Of a DNA stretch of 32,000 nt, positions 10,687 to 20,340 are shown piece after piece. Below the pieces are notes generated by a model. The model searched no databases. It had not been told where the DNA came from and worked only from the letters and a program-made list of their open reading frames with translations. Where the stretch lies: positions 720,001-752,000 of the forward strand of contig NC_000916.1 in assembly GCF_000008645.1 (NCBI RefSeq). Reading direction: 5' to 3'. Position 1 is the first letter of the stretch. Each line of letters starts with the position of its first letter. A program made the position numbers and the translations under genes. This stretch comes from Methanothermobacter thermautotrophicus str. Delta H. Lineage in GTDB: Archaea; Methanobacteriota; Methanobacteria; Methanobacteriales; Methanothermobacteraceae.

Positions 10687-11903
10687 TCAAGAACACCCCT
10701 TACAAGTTCATATGCCTTTTTACCATCATTCCAGTCAACAAAAATAACCACAGATGTCTGTGAGGATGAAATTTCAACTATGTTAAGGTCATTATCCCTC
10801 AGGGGCTTGGTGATTTCAGATATTATGCCGGGTGTATCTATGAAATCCGGGCTGGATATTGTTATCATTGCGATGTCCCTCCCAAGGGAGAGTGAACTGA
10901 GGTCATCGTCTGCAATGACCACATCGTGGAGGAGCCTGTGGGCCTCATCGGCGTCCTTCTTATCCACGAAGATTGTGACCGAGTTCTGGCCGGTTGAAAT
11001 TCCTATGATATTTATGGAGTTCTCTGCAAGCCTTGATGTTAACCGGGCCAGTATACCTGGCTTGTTCAGTATCTTTTCACCCACAACAGCAACCACGGAT
11101 ATTGGATCCGGGTTGAGGGTTGTTGTCTTAACCATCTTATTCTTTGATGGTCCGATTATCTCGGTTCCTGGTGCAGATAGGTCCCCGTGCTCAAATCCTA
11201 TTATCTTTGCCTTTATATCAGGGTCCTTGTATTTTAGGGCGTGGGGGTGGAGTACCTGGGCCCCATGGGTTGCAAGGTCCCTCATCTCCTCAACGGATAT
11301 TTTATCAAGTTTCTTGGCACCCTGAAGTTTGTTGGGGTCCGTGGACATGACACCTCCAACGTCTGTTACGATTATAACCTCATCTGCCTTCAGGCAGTGA
11401 CCAAGGAGGAATGCTGTTATGTCACTTCCACCCCTCCCCAGGGTGGTTATGTAGCCGTTGGGGTCCCTTCCAAGGAAGCCGCAAACCACAGGTATTATTC
11501 CCTGATCAAGGAGTTTAAGCAGTTCCCTTGATTTCTCCTCAGTTGCCTCAAAATCCACCTTAGCATTTAAAAGGTTGCTGTCGGTTATTATTGGCCATTC
11601 ATCCATGAATGGGTCTATATATTCTGATTTAACTCCGAGTGCCTCTATCGCGGATGAGAATATCCTGACACTGGTCATTTCACCCATGGATACTATTTCA
11701 GCCAGCTGCTTCTCTGTGACAGCGTCTTCCATTGCCTCGTCCACTATCTGGAGGAGTTCATCGGTTGTCTTATTTATGGCAGATACAACGACAACGACCT
11801 TCCTGCCCTTCATGTACTCCTTCACAACTGAACGGGCCGCCTTCTTAATTCGCCTACCATTTCCTATTGATGTACCGCCAAATTTAGCAACTATTAACTC
11901 CAT
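10683..11903 (-). CDS. Aspartate kinase with C-terminal ACT domains
   Basis: 406 aa with VAKFGGTS start, TLGRGGSD, and an ACT-like C-terminal half. The stop overlaps the dapA start (ATGA at 10683-10686). Confidence 0.92.
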   Translation of the reverse strand: MELIVAKFGGTSIGNGRRIKKAARSVVKEYMKGRKVVVVVSAINKTTDELLQIVDEAMEDAVTEKQLAEIVSMGEMTSVRIFSSAIEALGVKSEYIDPFMDEWPIITDSNLLNAKVDFEATEEKSRELLKLLDQGIIPVVCGFLGRDPNGYITTLGRGGSDITAFLLGHCLKADEVIIVTDVGGVMSTDPNKLQGAKKLDKISVEEMRDLATHGAQVLHPHALKYKDPDIKAKIIGFEHGDLSAPGTEIIGPSKNKMVKTTTLNPDPISVVAVVGEKILNKPGILARLTSRLAENSINIIGISTGQNSVTIFVDKKDADEAHRLLHDVVIADDDLSSLSLGRDIAMITISSPDFIDTPGIISEITKPLRDNDLNIVEISSSQTSVVIFVDWNDGKKAYELVRGVLE

Positions 11904-11930
11904 TAACCTTCACAACCTTTTAAATGTTGG

Positions 11931-11945
11931 AAAAAATGAAAAAAA
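11931..11945 (-). terminator. Oligo-T terminator candidate after the S17e gene
   Basis: The minus strand reads TTTTTTTCATTTTTT, starting 7 nt after the S17e stop codon. Confidence 0.45.
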
Positions 11946-11952
11946 TTCTGTC

Positions 11953-12141
11953 TTATTTCTGCTGGCTGATGATCCTTGTAATGTAACCTGCTATCTTGTT
12001 TCTTAGGTGTTTGGTGCTTACTGTTGAGAACTCCTCCACAAGTTTCTTGTTAGTGTCAAAGTCGTCTGTAAATTTCCCTGGATGAGTTTCTATCATCTCT
12101 TTAGCTATTCTTTTTACAAAGGATGTCCTTATGTTTCCCAT
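11953..12141 (-). CDS. rps17e: 30S ribosomal protein S17e
   Basis: 62 aa: [18 protein letters not shown]...NKIAGYITR, the typical archaeal eS17. A strong SD AAGGAGG lies inside the upstream gene's 3' end, 7 nt before the ATG. Confidence 0.9.
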
Positions 12142-12142
12142 T

Positions 12143-12439
12143 TCATTGCCTCCTTAACATTTCTTTCTGTTCAGTTTTACTGAGATCCATCAGAATCTTC
12201 ATCAGTTCTGTAAGTTTATTCTCATCGATACCATTTTCCCTGGCGATTTTCCGGGTCCTCTCTATAATCTGGAGTTCCCTTTCAGGATCCAGGATCTCCA
12301 TTCCAAGGACCTCCTTGGCCTCTGCTATCTCCCGTGCAAGGGCTATCCTTGAGGTTATGAGGTCAAGTATGTCCCTGTCTATTCCATCTATCTTCTGCCT
12401 GGATCTTCTGAGGACCTCCCGTGCTCTGTACTCATCCAT
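12143..12439 (-). CDS. Chorismate mutase (AroQ type)
   Basis: 98 aa, all-helical, with R-x-x-ID-x-ID...R...A...IA..K...DPERE pattern ([46 protein letters not shown]). Confidence 0.82.
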
Positions 12440-12479
12440 AAATTACATTCCCCTTTCTTCCATTCAAGGGTCACTGGAG

Positions 12480-13349
12480 TTATTCAAGGACACGTGTACC
12501 CTCGTTGTCCACTGATGTTACAAGCACATCTCCCTCAAGGTTCTCCCAGGCATCGATGATATCAGCTTCAGAGTCCTCATGTGTTAGGGCCACAAAGGAT
12601 GGCCCGGTTCCTGAGAGACCCGCTGCAAGGGCACCCGCCTCAAGGGCGTCAAGGGCTATTCCCGGATCGAATCCCAGGGATGCACAATAGAGTATCCCGT
12701 TGAGTGTCAGGGCACTGTGGACCCTTCCATCAAGGACCTCCCTGAAGGCCATATCAACCCAGGGGGCCAGCAGTTTCATCCGCGGGACATCTGATTGTGC
12801 AGTCAGTGATTTTCTGTCCGGCATATATATTAATACCTTTTGATTTTCCATCGGCTCCCTGAGGATTATGCGCCTCTCCATGTTATCTGTCACGGTTAAG
12901 CCGCCATAGAATGATGCACTTGCATCATCATAGGCCCCGGTAACACTCACACCCGCCTGCAGGGAAGCGTCAACTGCCATGTTGAGCATCTCAAAATCCT
13001 CCATGGGTTGGAGGCCAAATTCGTCTGATAAAAGGGATGAAACTGCCATCACGGTGGCGTTGGATGCCGCGCTGCTGCTTGAGAGTCCGCTGGCAACAGG
13101 AAGGTCCGATGATGTTACCACCCTCACACCGGCATCCACTCCATAATGCTCAATCACCATCCGGGTGCAGAGCTCCATGAGAGATGTGTCAGCACCCTCA
13201 CGGGAGATGCACTCCACCCCTGAGTCAATCAGCTCTGCCTCTGCCTCCACCCTCAGTCCTATGCCGAATGCTGAGCCCCTGCCAGTCGCAATCGCATTAA
13301 TCACGGTTGCGGATCCAGGGGACCTTACAGTTTTCTTCACAACCATCAC
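12480..13349 (-). CDS. aroK: Archaeal-type shikimate kinase (GHMP kinase superfamily)
   Basis: 289 aa with GHMP motif PVASGLSSSSAASNA. Size and context (next to chorismate mutase) fit archaeal shikimate kinase. Confidence 0.8.
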   Translation of the reverse strand: MMVVKKTVRSPGSATVINAIATGRGSAFGIGLRVEAEAELIDSGVECISREGADTSLMELCTRMVIEHYGVDAGVRVVTSSDLPVASGLSSSSAASNATVMAVSSLLSDEFGLQPMEDFEMLNMAVDASLQAGVSVTGAYDDASASFYGGLTVTDNMERRIILREPMENQKVLIYMPDRKSLTAQSDVPRMKLLAPWVDMAFREVLDGRVHSALTLNGILYCASLGFDPGIALDALEAGALAAGLSGTGPSFVALTHEDSEADIIDAWENLEGDVLVTSVDNEGTRVLE

Positions 13350-13589
13350 TCCAGGATTCTATGATCGTTCACTGAATAGATTATTAGGCTGCAAAGCACT
13401 CCAGAGAGCACCTCAAGCTCTCAAACACTGCAAAGTGTATTCATCAATTAAATAGTATCTAAGTGCAATATTTATATAGTGGTAGAACATTCTATTAATA
13501 AAAATGGTTAAAAATTTAGGATGGTACATGGATGTCTGATATAACAAAAACTCCTGAAAACATGACTGGAGGTAAAAAGGTCTGATACC

Positions 13590-14453
13590 ATGGATAGAAA
13601 CAGCAAGATAGTAGTCGGTCTCGTCGCGGTCCTCTCAATCGCAGGTTTGGTGCTTTCATTAGCCGGTCTGCTGGAGGGCGGCGAGGGTACGATAGCAATA
13701 ATACCTGTCCACGGAGCCATAGCCTATGACACGGCAGGGTTCTCTGATGGAGTGGACCCTGATGACATAAAGGAGCTCATCGCTGAAGCCAACAGCGATC
13801 CCTCAGTTAAGGCCATTGTCCTCGACATAAACAGCCCGGGAGGGACACCTGTTGCAAGTGAGGAACTCATGGATGCCATAAATAAATCAGAAAAACCAGT
13901 GGTGAGCTGGATAAGTGATTCAGGGACCTCGGGGGCATACCTTGCAGCATCAGCCTCTGACAGGATAGTTGCGAGTCCCTCAGCATGGGTTGGAAGCATA
14001 GGTGTCATACTCGACCTTACGGATCTCTCCCAGATGTACAGGCAGATGGGGATAAACAAGTACGCCATAAAGGCCGGTGAGTACAAGGACATGGGTGCCG
14101 ATTACCGCATGATAACCGATGAGGAGAGACAGATGCTGCAGTCAATGGTCAATGAGGAGTACGACTACTTCATAAAGACCGTGGCTGCCAACAGAAACCT
14201 TAGCGTCTCCTACGTGAAGAGCCTGGCAGAGGGCCGGATATTCACAGGCAGACAGGCTGTACGCAACCGGCTGGTGGATTTCACTGGAGGGAAGGACTAT
14301 GCAGTTGAGGTGGCTGCGAAGCTCGCAGGTGTGAAGAACTATAACACGATAACCCTCGAGCCTCCTTCTGGCTTCCTAAGGGTCCTCTCCAGCATGTTCT
14401 CAAGGCTGGGATTTGCCTCAGGGAACACAACGGAAGAGCTGCAGCTCCATTGA
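13590..14453 (+). CDS. sppA: Signal peptide peptidase SppA (S49 family, 36K type)
   Basis: N-terminal TM anchor (IVVGLVAVLSIAGLVLSLAGL), VLDINSPGGTPVASEEL, SGAYLAASASDRIVASPSAWVGSIGV and IKAGEYKD. Confidence 0.88.
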   Translation: MDRNSKIVVGLVAVLSIAGLVLSLAGLLEGGEGTIAIIPVHGAIAYDTAGFSDGVDPDDIKELIAEANSDPSVKAIVLDINSPGGTPVASEELMDAINKSEKPVVSWISDSGTSGAYLAASASDRIVASPSAWVGSIGVILDLTDLSQMYRQMGINKYAIKAGEYKDMGADYRMITDEERQMLQSMVNEEYDYFIKTVAANRNLSVSYVKSLAEGRIFTGRQAVRNRLVDFTGGKDYAVEVAAKLAGVKNYNTITLEPPSGFLRVLSSMFSRLGFASGNTTEELQLH

Positions 14454-14528
14454 TGAAGGTGGAAAAGGATAAGTATTTATCTAAAAAGGGGAAGAAGATA
14501 ATTATATTACTCTCACGGAGGTTAAGAA

Positions 14529-14786
14529 ATGGTTGTTAATATAGAGGTTTTCACATCCCCAACCTGCCCTTACTGTCCAATGGCAATCGAGGTCGTTGAT
14601 GAGGCCAAAAAGGAATTCGGAGACAAAATTGATGTCGAAAAGATCGACATAATGGTTGACCGGGAAAAGGCCATAGAGTATGGGCTGATGGCTGTCCCTG
14701 CCATAGCAATCAACGGTGTTGTCAGGTTCGTTGGGGCCCCAAGCAGGGAAGAACTCTTTGAAGCCATAAATGATGAGATGGAATAA
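14529..14786 (+). CDS. Glutaredoxin-like small thioredoxin (CPYC active site)
   Basis: 85 aa. TSPTCPYCP redox motif and VPAIAING cis-Pro region. SD GGAGGT at 14517-14522. Confidence 0.9.
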   Translation: MVVNIEVFTSPTCPYCPMAIEVVDEAKKEFGDKIDVEKIDIMVDREKAIEYGLMAVPAIAINGVVRFVGAPSREELFEAINDEME

Positions 14787-14820
14787 CTTCTTTTTCAATT
14801 AATTTTTAAGGATTTTTCTG

Positions 14821-15915
14821 ATGAATGATGAGAGGGTATTCGGGATTACAACTGGAACAGCTGCCACCGCAGCAGCCCTCGCCTCACTCCTGTGTCTGAA
14901 GGGCTGTGAAGCCAGTAAGGTCAGGGTCAGGACCCCATCCGGGATCCTGGAGGTTGACGTTGAATATGTTGAGCGCATCTCAGGTGACACCGCCAGGGCC
15001 TGTGTCATCAAGAGACCCTACCCTGACCCTGATGTCACCGTGAATCTTGAGATCATTTCCACTGTTCAGATCACAGGGACACCTGAAATCATGATAAGGG
15101 GTGGTGAGGGTGTTGGAATCGTCACAAAGCCCGGTCTCCAGGTCCCCCCCGGAGAAGCAGCCATAAACCCTGTCCCCAGGAGGATGATAGAGGAGAACCT
15201 CAGGGAACACCTCAGGGATGATGAGGGCGCTGTGGTCACAGTGTCTGTGCCCGGGGGGGAGAGGATAGCCTCCAGGACCATGAACCCCCGTCTCGGGATC
15301 ATCGGAGGTATCTCCATCCTTGGGACAACAGGCATAGCCAGGCCCATGTCCACCGAGGCATACCGGGAATCCCTTGCCTGTCAGATCGATATCGCCACTG
15401 CCAGGGGTTTCAGGGAACTCGTATTTGTACCGGGTAACATAGGGGAGAGATTCGCCCGGGAGTACTTTGAATCCATCGAGGATGAGAGGATAATCCAGAT
15501 GGCCAACTTCCCAGGCTACATGCTGGAGGAGGCCGATGGCAGGGGGGTTGAGCGGATAATACTCATGGGCCATGCAGGTAAACTGATCAAGCTGTCTGCC
15601 GGGATATTCCAGACCCGGAGTTCAGATGCAGATGCCCGCCGCGAGATAATGGCTGCCCATGCAGCCCTCATGGGTGCCTCCAGAGATACGGTGACCAGAA
15701 TATTCAACGATGGGACCGTGGAGGAGATGATATCTGAACTCGAGGGTGAAGGGTTGACAGGTAGGGTCTTCAACAGCATAGCAGATGCCATAAGGGAGAG
15801 GTTCAATGAGAGGTTCTCCTTTGATACCGATGTCCTGATTTTCAGCCTGGATGGCCGGATCCTCAACTCAAACTTCAAGACTAAAAGGAACCACAGATTT
15901 ACTGAAGTATTTTAG
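14821..15915 (+). CDS. cbiD: Cobalt-precorrin-5B (C1)-methyltransferase
   Basis: 364 aa. [12 protein letters not shown] start, [28 protein letters not shown] and [14 protein letters not shown] are typical CbiD blocks. Confidence 0.9.
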
Positions 15916-16080
15916 AATCCATCAAAGAAATTCATGAGTGATGATAATGAAAGAATTCACCCATGTATTTTAGAATCCATCAAAGAAATTCATGAGTGAT
16001 GATAATGAAAGAATTCACCCATGTATTTTAGAATCCATCAAAGAAATTCATGAGTGATGATAATGAAAGAATTCACCCAT
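15907..16080. repeat. Perfect tandem triplication of a 58-bp unit spanning the cbiD stop, the spacer and the moaC start
   Basis: The unit gtattttagaatccatcaaagaaattcatgagtgatgataatgaaagaattcacccat is present at 15907-15964, 15965-16022 and 16023-16080 with no mismatch on direct reading. Confidence 0.97.
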
Positions 16081-16533
16081 ACAGATGAAAAGGGGGTCCG
16101 CATGGTTGATGTGGGCTCAAAGCCAGTTGTTAGGAGAACCGCGACAGCCGAGGGCCATATACTCCTGCGTGAAGACACCATAAACTTAATCCGTGAAAAG
16201 AAGATTGAAAAGGGGAACGTGCTTGCAACGGCCCAGATAGCAGCCATAGTGGCCGTTAAGAGGACCTGGGAGATAATACCCCTCTGCCATCCCCTCCCCC
16301 TCACAGGTGTTGATGTTGAATTTGACCTGGATGATGACCGGATCACCGCCAGGGTTACTGTGAGATGCGATGGGAAGACTGGTGTTGAGATGGAGGCCGT
16401 AACCGGTGTATCCGTTGCCCTGCTCACAATATGGGACATGGTTAAAAGTGTTGAGAAGGACGATGATGGCCAGTACCCTGAAACGGCCATCAGCAACATA
16501 AGAGTCATTAAAAAGGAAAAGCTGGAACTCTGA
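16054..16533 (+). CDS. moaC: Cyclic pyranopterin monophosphate synthase MoaC
   Basis: [45 protein letters not shown] and [18 protein letters not shown] are MoaC blocks. Candidate starts are GTG 16054, ATG 16057 and ATG 16063; the last is most likely. Confidence 0.9.
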   Translation: MMIMKEFTHTDEKGVRMVDVGSKPVVRRTATAEGHILLREDTINLIREKKIEKGNVLATAQIAAIVAVKRTWEIIPLCHPLPLTGVDVEFDLDDDRITARVTVRCDGKTGVEMEAVTGVSVALLTIWDMVKSVEKDDDGQYPETAISNIRVIKKEKLEL

Positions 16534-16544
16534 GGCGTGTTCAT

Positions 16545-18617
16545 ATGAAGTCCCTCCCACCTGAAATGAGACAGATCCTCGGGGACTGCTACCCCCATAT
16601 AAGGGAGCTGAACCCTGCCCAGAGGAGTGCCATTGAAGCGGGTTACCTTGAATCAGAGGACAACTACATAATAGCCATACCCACAGCCAGCGGAAAGACC
16701 CTCCTTGGTATCATTGCAGCCCTGAAAACGGTCATGGAAGGTGGGCGCGTGATCTACACAGTGCCCCTTCTATCAATCCAGAACGAAAAGATAAAGGAAT
16801 TCCGCAAACTTGAAGAACACGGTATAAGGGTCGGTAAGGACCCGCGGACCTCTGACATCGCGGTCATGGTCTTTGAATCCTTCGACAGCCTCACCAGGTT
16901 CTCATGGAATATCCTCCGGGAGGTTGACCTCCTCATCGTTGATGAATTCCACATGATAGGGGAGTACACGAGGGGCCCGGTAATCGAGTCTGCAATTACA
17001 AGGGCAAGGACCCTGAATCCATCAGTACGTATAGTTGCACTCTCTGCAACCCTCTCAAATATGGATGAAATAGCCGGATGGCTCGACGCAAGGGTTGTGG
17101 AGCACGACTACCGGCCTGTTCCCCTTCATCGGGAGGTCCTTGACACTGAGATGTTCGGGGTCAGGGAAAAGAACGATGTTGTCCTCAAGGTTCTTGAGAG
17201 GTCCCTTGAGGATGGGAGCCAGACCCTCGCCTTCGTATCCACCAGGAGGTTCACAGAGTCCCTCGCATCCCACCTTGCAGATAAGATATCAGGGAAGATA
17301 CCTGATGACATGGTGGAGAGCTTCAGGGAGGTGGCCGGGAAGGTTCTTGAGGTTCCAAAGTCCAGGGGATCCCCTCCAACCTCCACCTGCCTGAAACTTG
17401 CAGAATGCCTGGAGGCAGGGATCGCATTCCACCATGCAGGACTCTTCAACAGGCAGCGGGAGATAATAGAGGACGAGTTCAGGGACGGGAATATACTGAT
17501 GATAACCGCCACTCCCAGTCTCATGTACGGAGTCAACCTCCCATCAAGGACAGTTGTGATAAGGGACTACACCAGGTGGACGAGTCAGGGCCCCAGGAGG
17601 ATCCCTGTATTTGATTATGAGCAGATGTCTGGTAGGGCCGGGCGGCCCCAGTATGATGATGCCGGCTACTCCTACCTCATAGCCAGGAGCCATGATGAGG
17701 CCATGGATCTGGAGGAGTACTACATCAGGGGTGAAGTCGAGAGGACGACCTCACGTATCATAGAGAACAGGGACGCCCTGTACAGACAGATAATTGCACA
17801 GGTCGCCTCCGGTCTCTCAGGAACCACGGAGGAGCTGGCAGATTTCTTCAGAAACACATTCTATGGGTACCAGATGGTTGAGGGTCCCTTCAGTGATTCA
17901 TTCGGGATGGACAGTATTCAGTATGAGGTCGAGAACGCCACAGAGTACCTTATGAGGAACAGGATCCTCTATCCTGGCCCTGAAGGATTCTCCGCAACAG
18001 AGTTCGGTCTCCTCATAGCAAAATCCAATTACAGTGTGGAGACGGCCATCAAGCTCCACCAGTTTGCATCAGAGATGGATGAGATGGACATATACCGCCT
18101 CATCTATGAGATAACAAGGACACCTGATATGCCCCTGATATCATTCAAGGGGAGGAAGAGCCGGGACCCTGTCCGTGATAAGCTGATGGAACATGGGCTC
18201 TTCCTAATGGACGTCGGGAACGAAGAGGCGACGGCAGCTGCTCTGATTGAGTGGATCAATGAGAGAACAGAATATGAAATAGAGAATGCGTTTCATGTTT
18301 ACGCTGCTTCAACGAGGCGCTCGGCCTACGAAGCCTCAAAAATCGTTAAATTTTTTGGTAAGATCTGCGAGATAATGGGAGTATACAGGCACTCCAGTCA
18401 ACTCGAAATCCTTTCTGCAAGGCTCTATTATGGTGTGAAAGAGGATGCCATACCCCTTGTGGTTGGTGTGAGAGGGCTTGGAAGAGTCCGGGCCCGTAAG
18501 ATCATCAAAACCTTTGGTGAGGATCTGCGACATGTGCGGGAAGATGAACTTAAACGTATTGATGGAATCGGACCAAAAATGGCAGGGGCTATTAGAAGGT
18601 ACTGTGAAAGGTTCTGA
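16545..18617 (+). CDS. hel308: Hel308-family ski2-like DNA helicase
   Basis: 690 aa with helicase motifs PTASGKT (I), DEFH (II), SAT (III) and SGRAGRP (VI). The C-terminal HhH-like domain 5 contains GVRGLGRVRARKI. Confidence 0.92.
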   Translation: MKSLPPEMRQILGDCYPHIRELNPAQRSAIEAGYLESEDNYIIAIPTASGKTLLGIIAALKTVMEGGRVIYTVPLLSIQNEKIKEFRKLEEHGIRVGKDPRTSDIAVMVFESFDSLTRFSWNILREVDLLIVDEFHMIGEYTRGPVIESAITRARTLNPSVRIVALSATLSNMDEIAGWLDARVVEHDYRPVPLHREVLDTEMFGVREKNDVVLKVLERSLEDGSQTLAFVSTRRFTESLASHLADKISGKIPDDMVESFREVAGKVLEVPKSRGSPPTSTCLKLAECLEAGIAFHHAGLFNRQREIIEDEFRDGNILMITATPSLMYGVNLPSRTVVIRDYTRWTSQGPRRIPVFDYEQMSGRAGRPQYDDAGYSYLIARSHDEAMDLEEYYIRGEVERTTSRIIENRDALYRQIIAQVASGLSGTTEELADFFRNTFYGYQMVEGPFSDSFGMDSIQYEVENATEYLMRNRILYPGPEGFSATEFGLLIAKSNYSVETAIKLHQFASEMDEMDIYRLIYEITRTPDMPLISFKGRKSRDPVRDKLMEHGLFLMDVGNEEATAAALIEWINERTEYEIENAFHVYAASTRRSAYEASKIVKFFGKICEIMGVYRHSSQLEILSARLYYGVKEDAIPLVVGVRGLGRVRARKIIKTFGEDLRHVREDELKRIDGIGPKMAGAIRRYCERF

Positions 18618-18636
18618 TGCCCTCATAATGGCTCTG

Positions 18637-19071
18637 AGGAACATGGCAGCCACTCTAGGTGTGTATGATCTGATGGAGGTGCGTGTCTTCCTAGAAAGGA
18701 GTTGCAGATTTGTTCAGGAGAGATACAGGGCAATATATGTGGATGCATATATGTCCATGGTCGTCGACTCCGTGCTTGACCTTAAGGCAGGGTTCTCAGG
18801 GACGCCTGAAATGGATGATGCACGTTACAGCCTCAGGGATGCCCTTAAAAGGCTGGATGAAATCAACGCTCCCACCATTGTTGGTTTAACTGTTTTATAC
18901 AGAACCTATGTTAAGGGGGAACCGCTGCACCCTCCCGGAACACCATTTCCCGGAGGTTTTGAGGTTGAAAAAAAGGATGGTGTCCACTACTGTCCAGTTA
19001 AGGATAAACAGAGTGATAACCCGGAAGCCCTATGTGATATCTGTATCGCCAGACAGAGCCCCCTTCCCTGA
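18637..19071 (+). CDS. UPF0305 / DUF2115-family protein, paralog 1 (function unknown)
   Basis: The C-terminal block EPLHPPGTPFPGGFEVEKKDGVHYCPVKDKQSDNPEALCDIC is shared with the next gene. I chose ATG at 18637, just after the hel308 stop, rather than the 18478 ORF start, which would overlap hel308 by 140 nt. Confidence 0.7.
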   Translation, partial: RNMAATLGVYDLMEVRVFLERSCRFVQERYRAIYVDAYMSMVVDSVLDLKAGFSGTPEMDDARYSLRDALKRLDEINAPTIVGLTVLYRTYVKGEPLHPPGTPFPGGFEVEKKDGVHYCPVKDKQSDNPEALCDICIARQSPLP

Positions 19072-19171
19072 TCTTCCAGGAGGATTCAGCCCTTGTCTAC
19101 TGTGATAAATAGGGATACCTCCAGCACATCAGAAATACCCCGAAATCGTCCGGAGTGCAGGTCGTGAGCAG

Positions 19172-19696
19172 ATGATAAGAAGCAGTGATATTCCAGAAAA
19201 GATGACAGAGATGCAGCTCCTTGAAATGCTTAAAAAGGAGGCCTCCTCTGTCCATATAAAGGATATAATGAGTGCATCGGTCTACCTGAGGGAGGACGCC
19301 AGGTACCTGCCGCCCAGGGAGCAGAAGGAGTTCATCGAAAGGTTCACCAGGGCCTTCTTTAACAGGATACGGGATATAAAGAATGATAAAAACATCTACC
19401 AGGGTCATGTTGACACCGCAGGGTTAAAGGAATTCATAGACTTCCTTGACCAGCAGTTAAGCCAGGCAAAAACAGAAAATGAAAGGTGCTTTCAGAAGAT
19501 CGCCCGTATAATAACAATCTACGTCACATTCGTAAGGAAGGAACCCGTTCATCCAGTGGGGACCCGCTTTCCCGGTGGTTTCACGGTTAGAAGGGAGGGA
19601 AATGTCTTCTACTGTCCTGTCAAGGACAGACAGATAAACACTCCCGGTGCCCTCTGCCGTTTCTGTGTCAGCATCCAGGACCATGATATCTCCTGA
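19172..19696 (+). CDS. UPF0305 / DUF2115-family protein, paralog 2 (function unknown)
   Basis: 174 aa. The C-terminal block EPVHPVGTRFPGGFTVRREGNVFYCPVKDRQINTPGALCRFC parallels paralog 1. ATG at 19202 is an alternative start. Confidence 0.75.
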   Translation: MIRSSDIPEKMTEMQLLEMLKKEASSVHIKDIMSASVYLREDARYLPPREQKEFIERFTRAFFNRIRDIKNDKNIYQGHVDTAGLKEFIDFLDQQLSQAKTENERCFQKIARIITIYVTFVRKEPVHPVGTRFPGGFTVRREGNVFYCPVKDRQINTPGALCRFCVSIQDHDIS

Positions 19697-19753
19697 TATG
19701 TCAGGAGACCCGTACCAGAAGCCTGAAAGCAGGTTATTCTCTCTTCTTATTTC

Positions 19754-20251
19754 CTAATACATCAGGAGACCGATTCCATCAATTACCAGTGATAGGCCTA
19801 TCAGGAAGGCCAGGAATACCGGGTTGCTTACGAATATCCCCAGGATTATATAGATGAATCCCAGAACCACAACAGATATGGCTGCAGCCCTTCCAGCCCT
19901 GTGTTCCCTTGAGAAAAGAGCTGTTATACCTGCAATTATAAGGATTATACCCGTTATGTATATCCAGAACGCCGCTAGGAAACTGAAGAGAGCCACATTA
20001 CCTGCAATGGTCGCTGCAACGATTACACCAAGCACCCCCAGCAGAATGTAGAGCACCCCTGCTCCCCTGTTAACCTTCCATGTTCCAGAACCAAGCAGGA
20101 AGAGCCAGATAGCAACAAAGAGCACTGCCACACCAGTGAGGACACTCAGGGTAAATACTGAGAACACAGGAAAAAGAATCACAAGGATCCCCAGGATCAG
20201 AGATATGAGGCCTGGAATCTTTGTATCAGACACACTTTCACCCCCCTTCAT
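19754..20251 (-). CDS. Integral membrane protein, DUF308/HdeD-like
   Basis: 165 aa, almost entirely hydrophobic, with ~6 predicted helices of repeating G/I/L/V-rich pattern. The family assignment is tentative. Confidence 0.7.
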   Translation of the reverse strand: MKGGESVSDTKIPGLISLILGILVILFPVFSVFTLSVLTGVAVLFVAIWLFLLGSGTWKVNRGAGVLYILLGVLGVIVAATIAGNVALFSFLAAFWIYITGIILIIAGITALFSREHRAGRAAAISVVVLGFIYIILGIFVSNPVFLAFLIGLSLVIDGIGLLMY

Positions 20252-20340
20252 TGTATATACTAATATGAATTTAATAAGAGGTCAAATCCAGACAGAAAAA
20301 TCAGTAGATGGTTCAGCAAGAAAAGAAAAGGTGATGCAGA

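Noticed and set aside
18478-18636. A 5' extension of the first UPF0305 ORF (197-aa version) overlapping hel308 by 140 nt.
   Set aside because: The extension lies in an alternative frame of the well-supported hel308 C-terminal domain. Alignment with the downstream paralog begins only near the ATG at 18637, which sits just after the hel308 stop.
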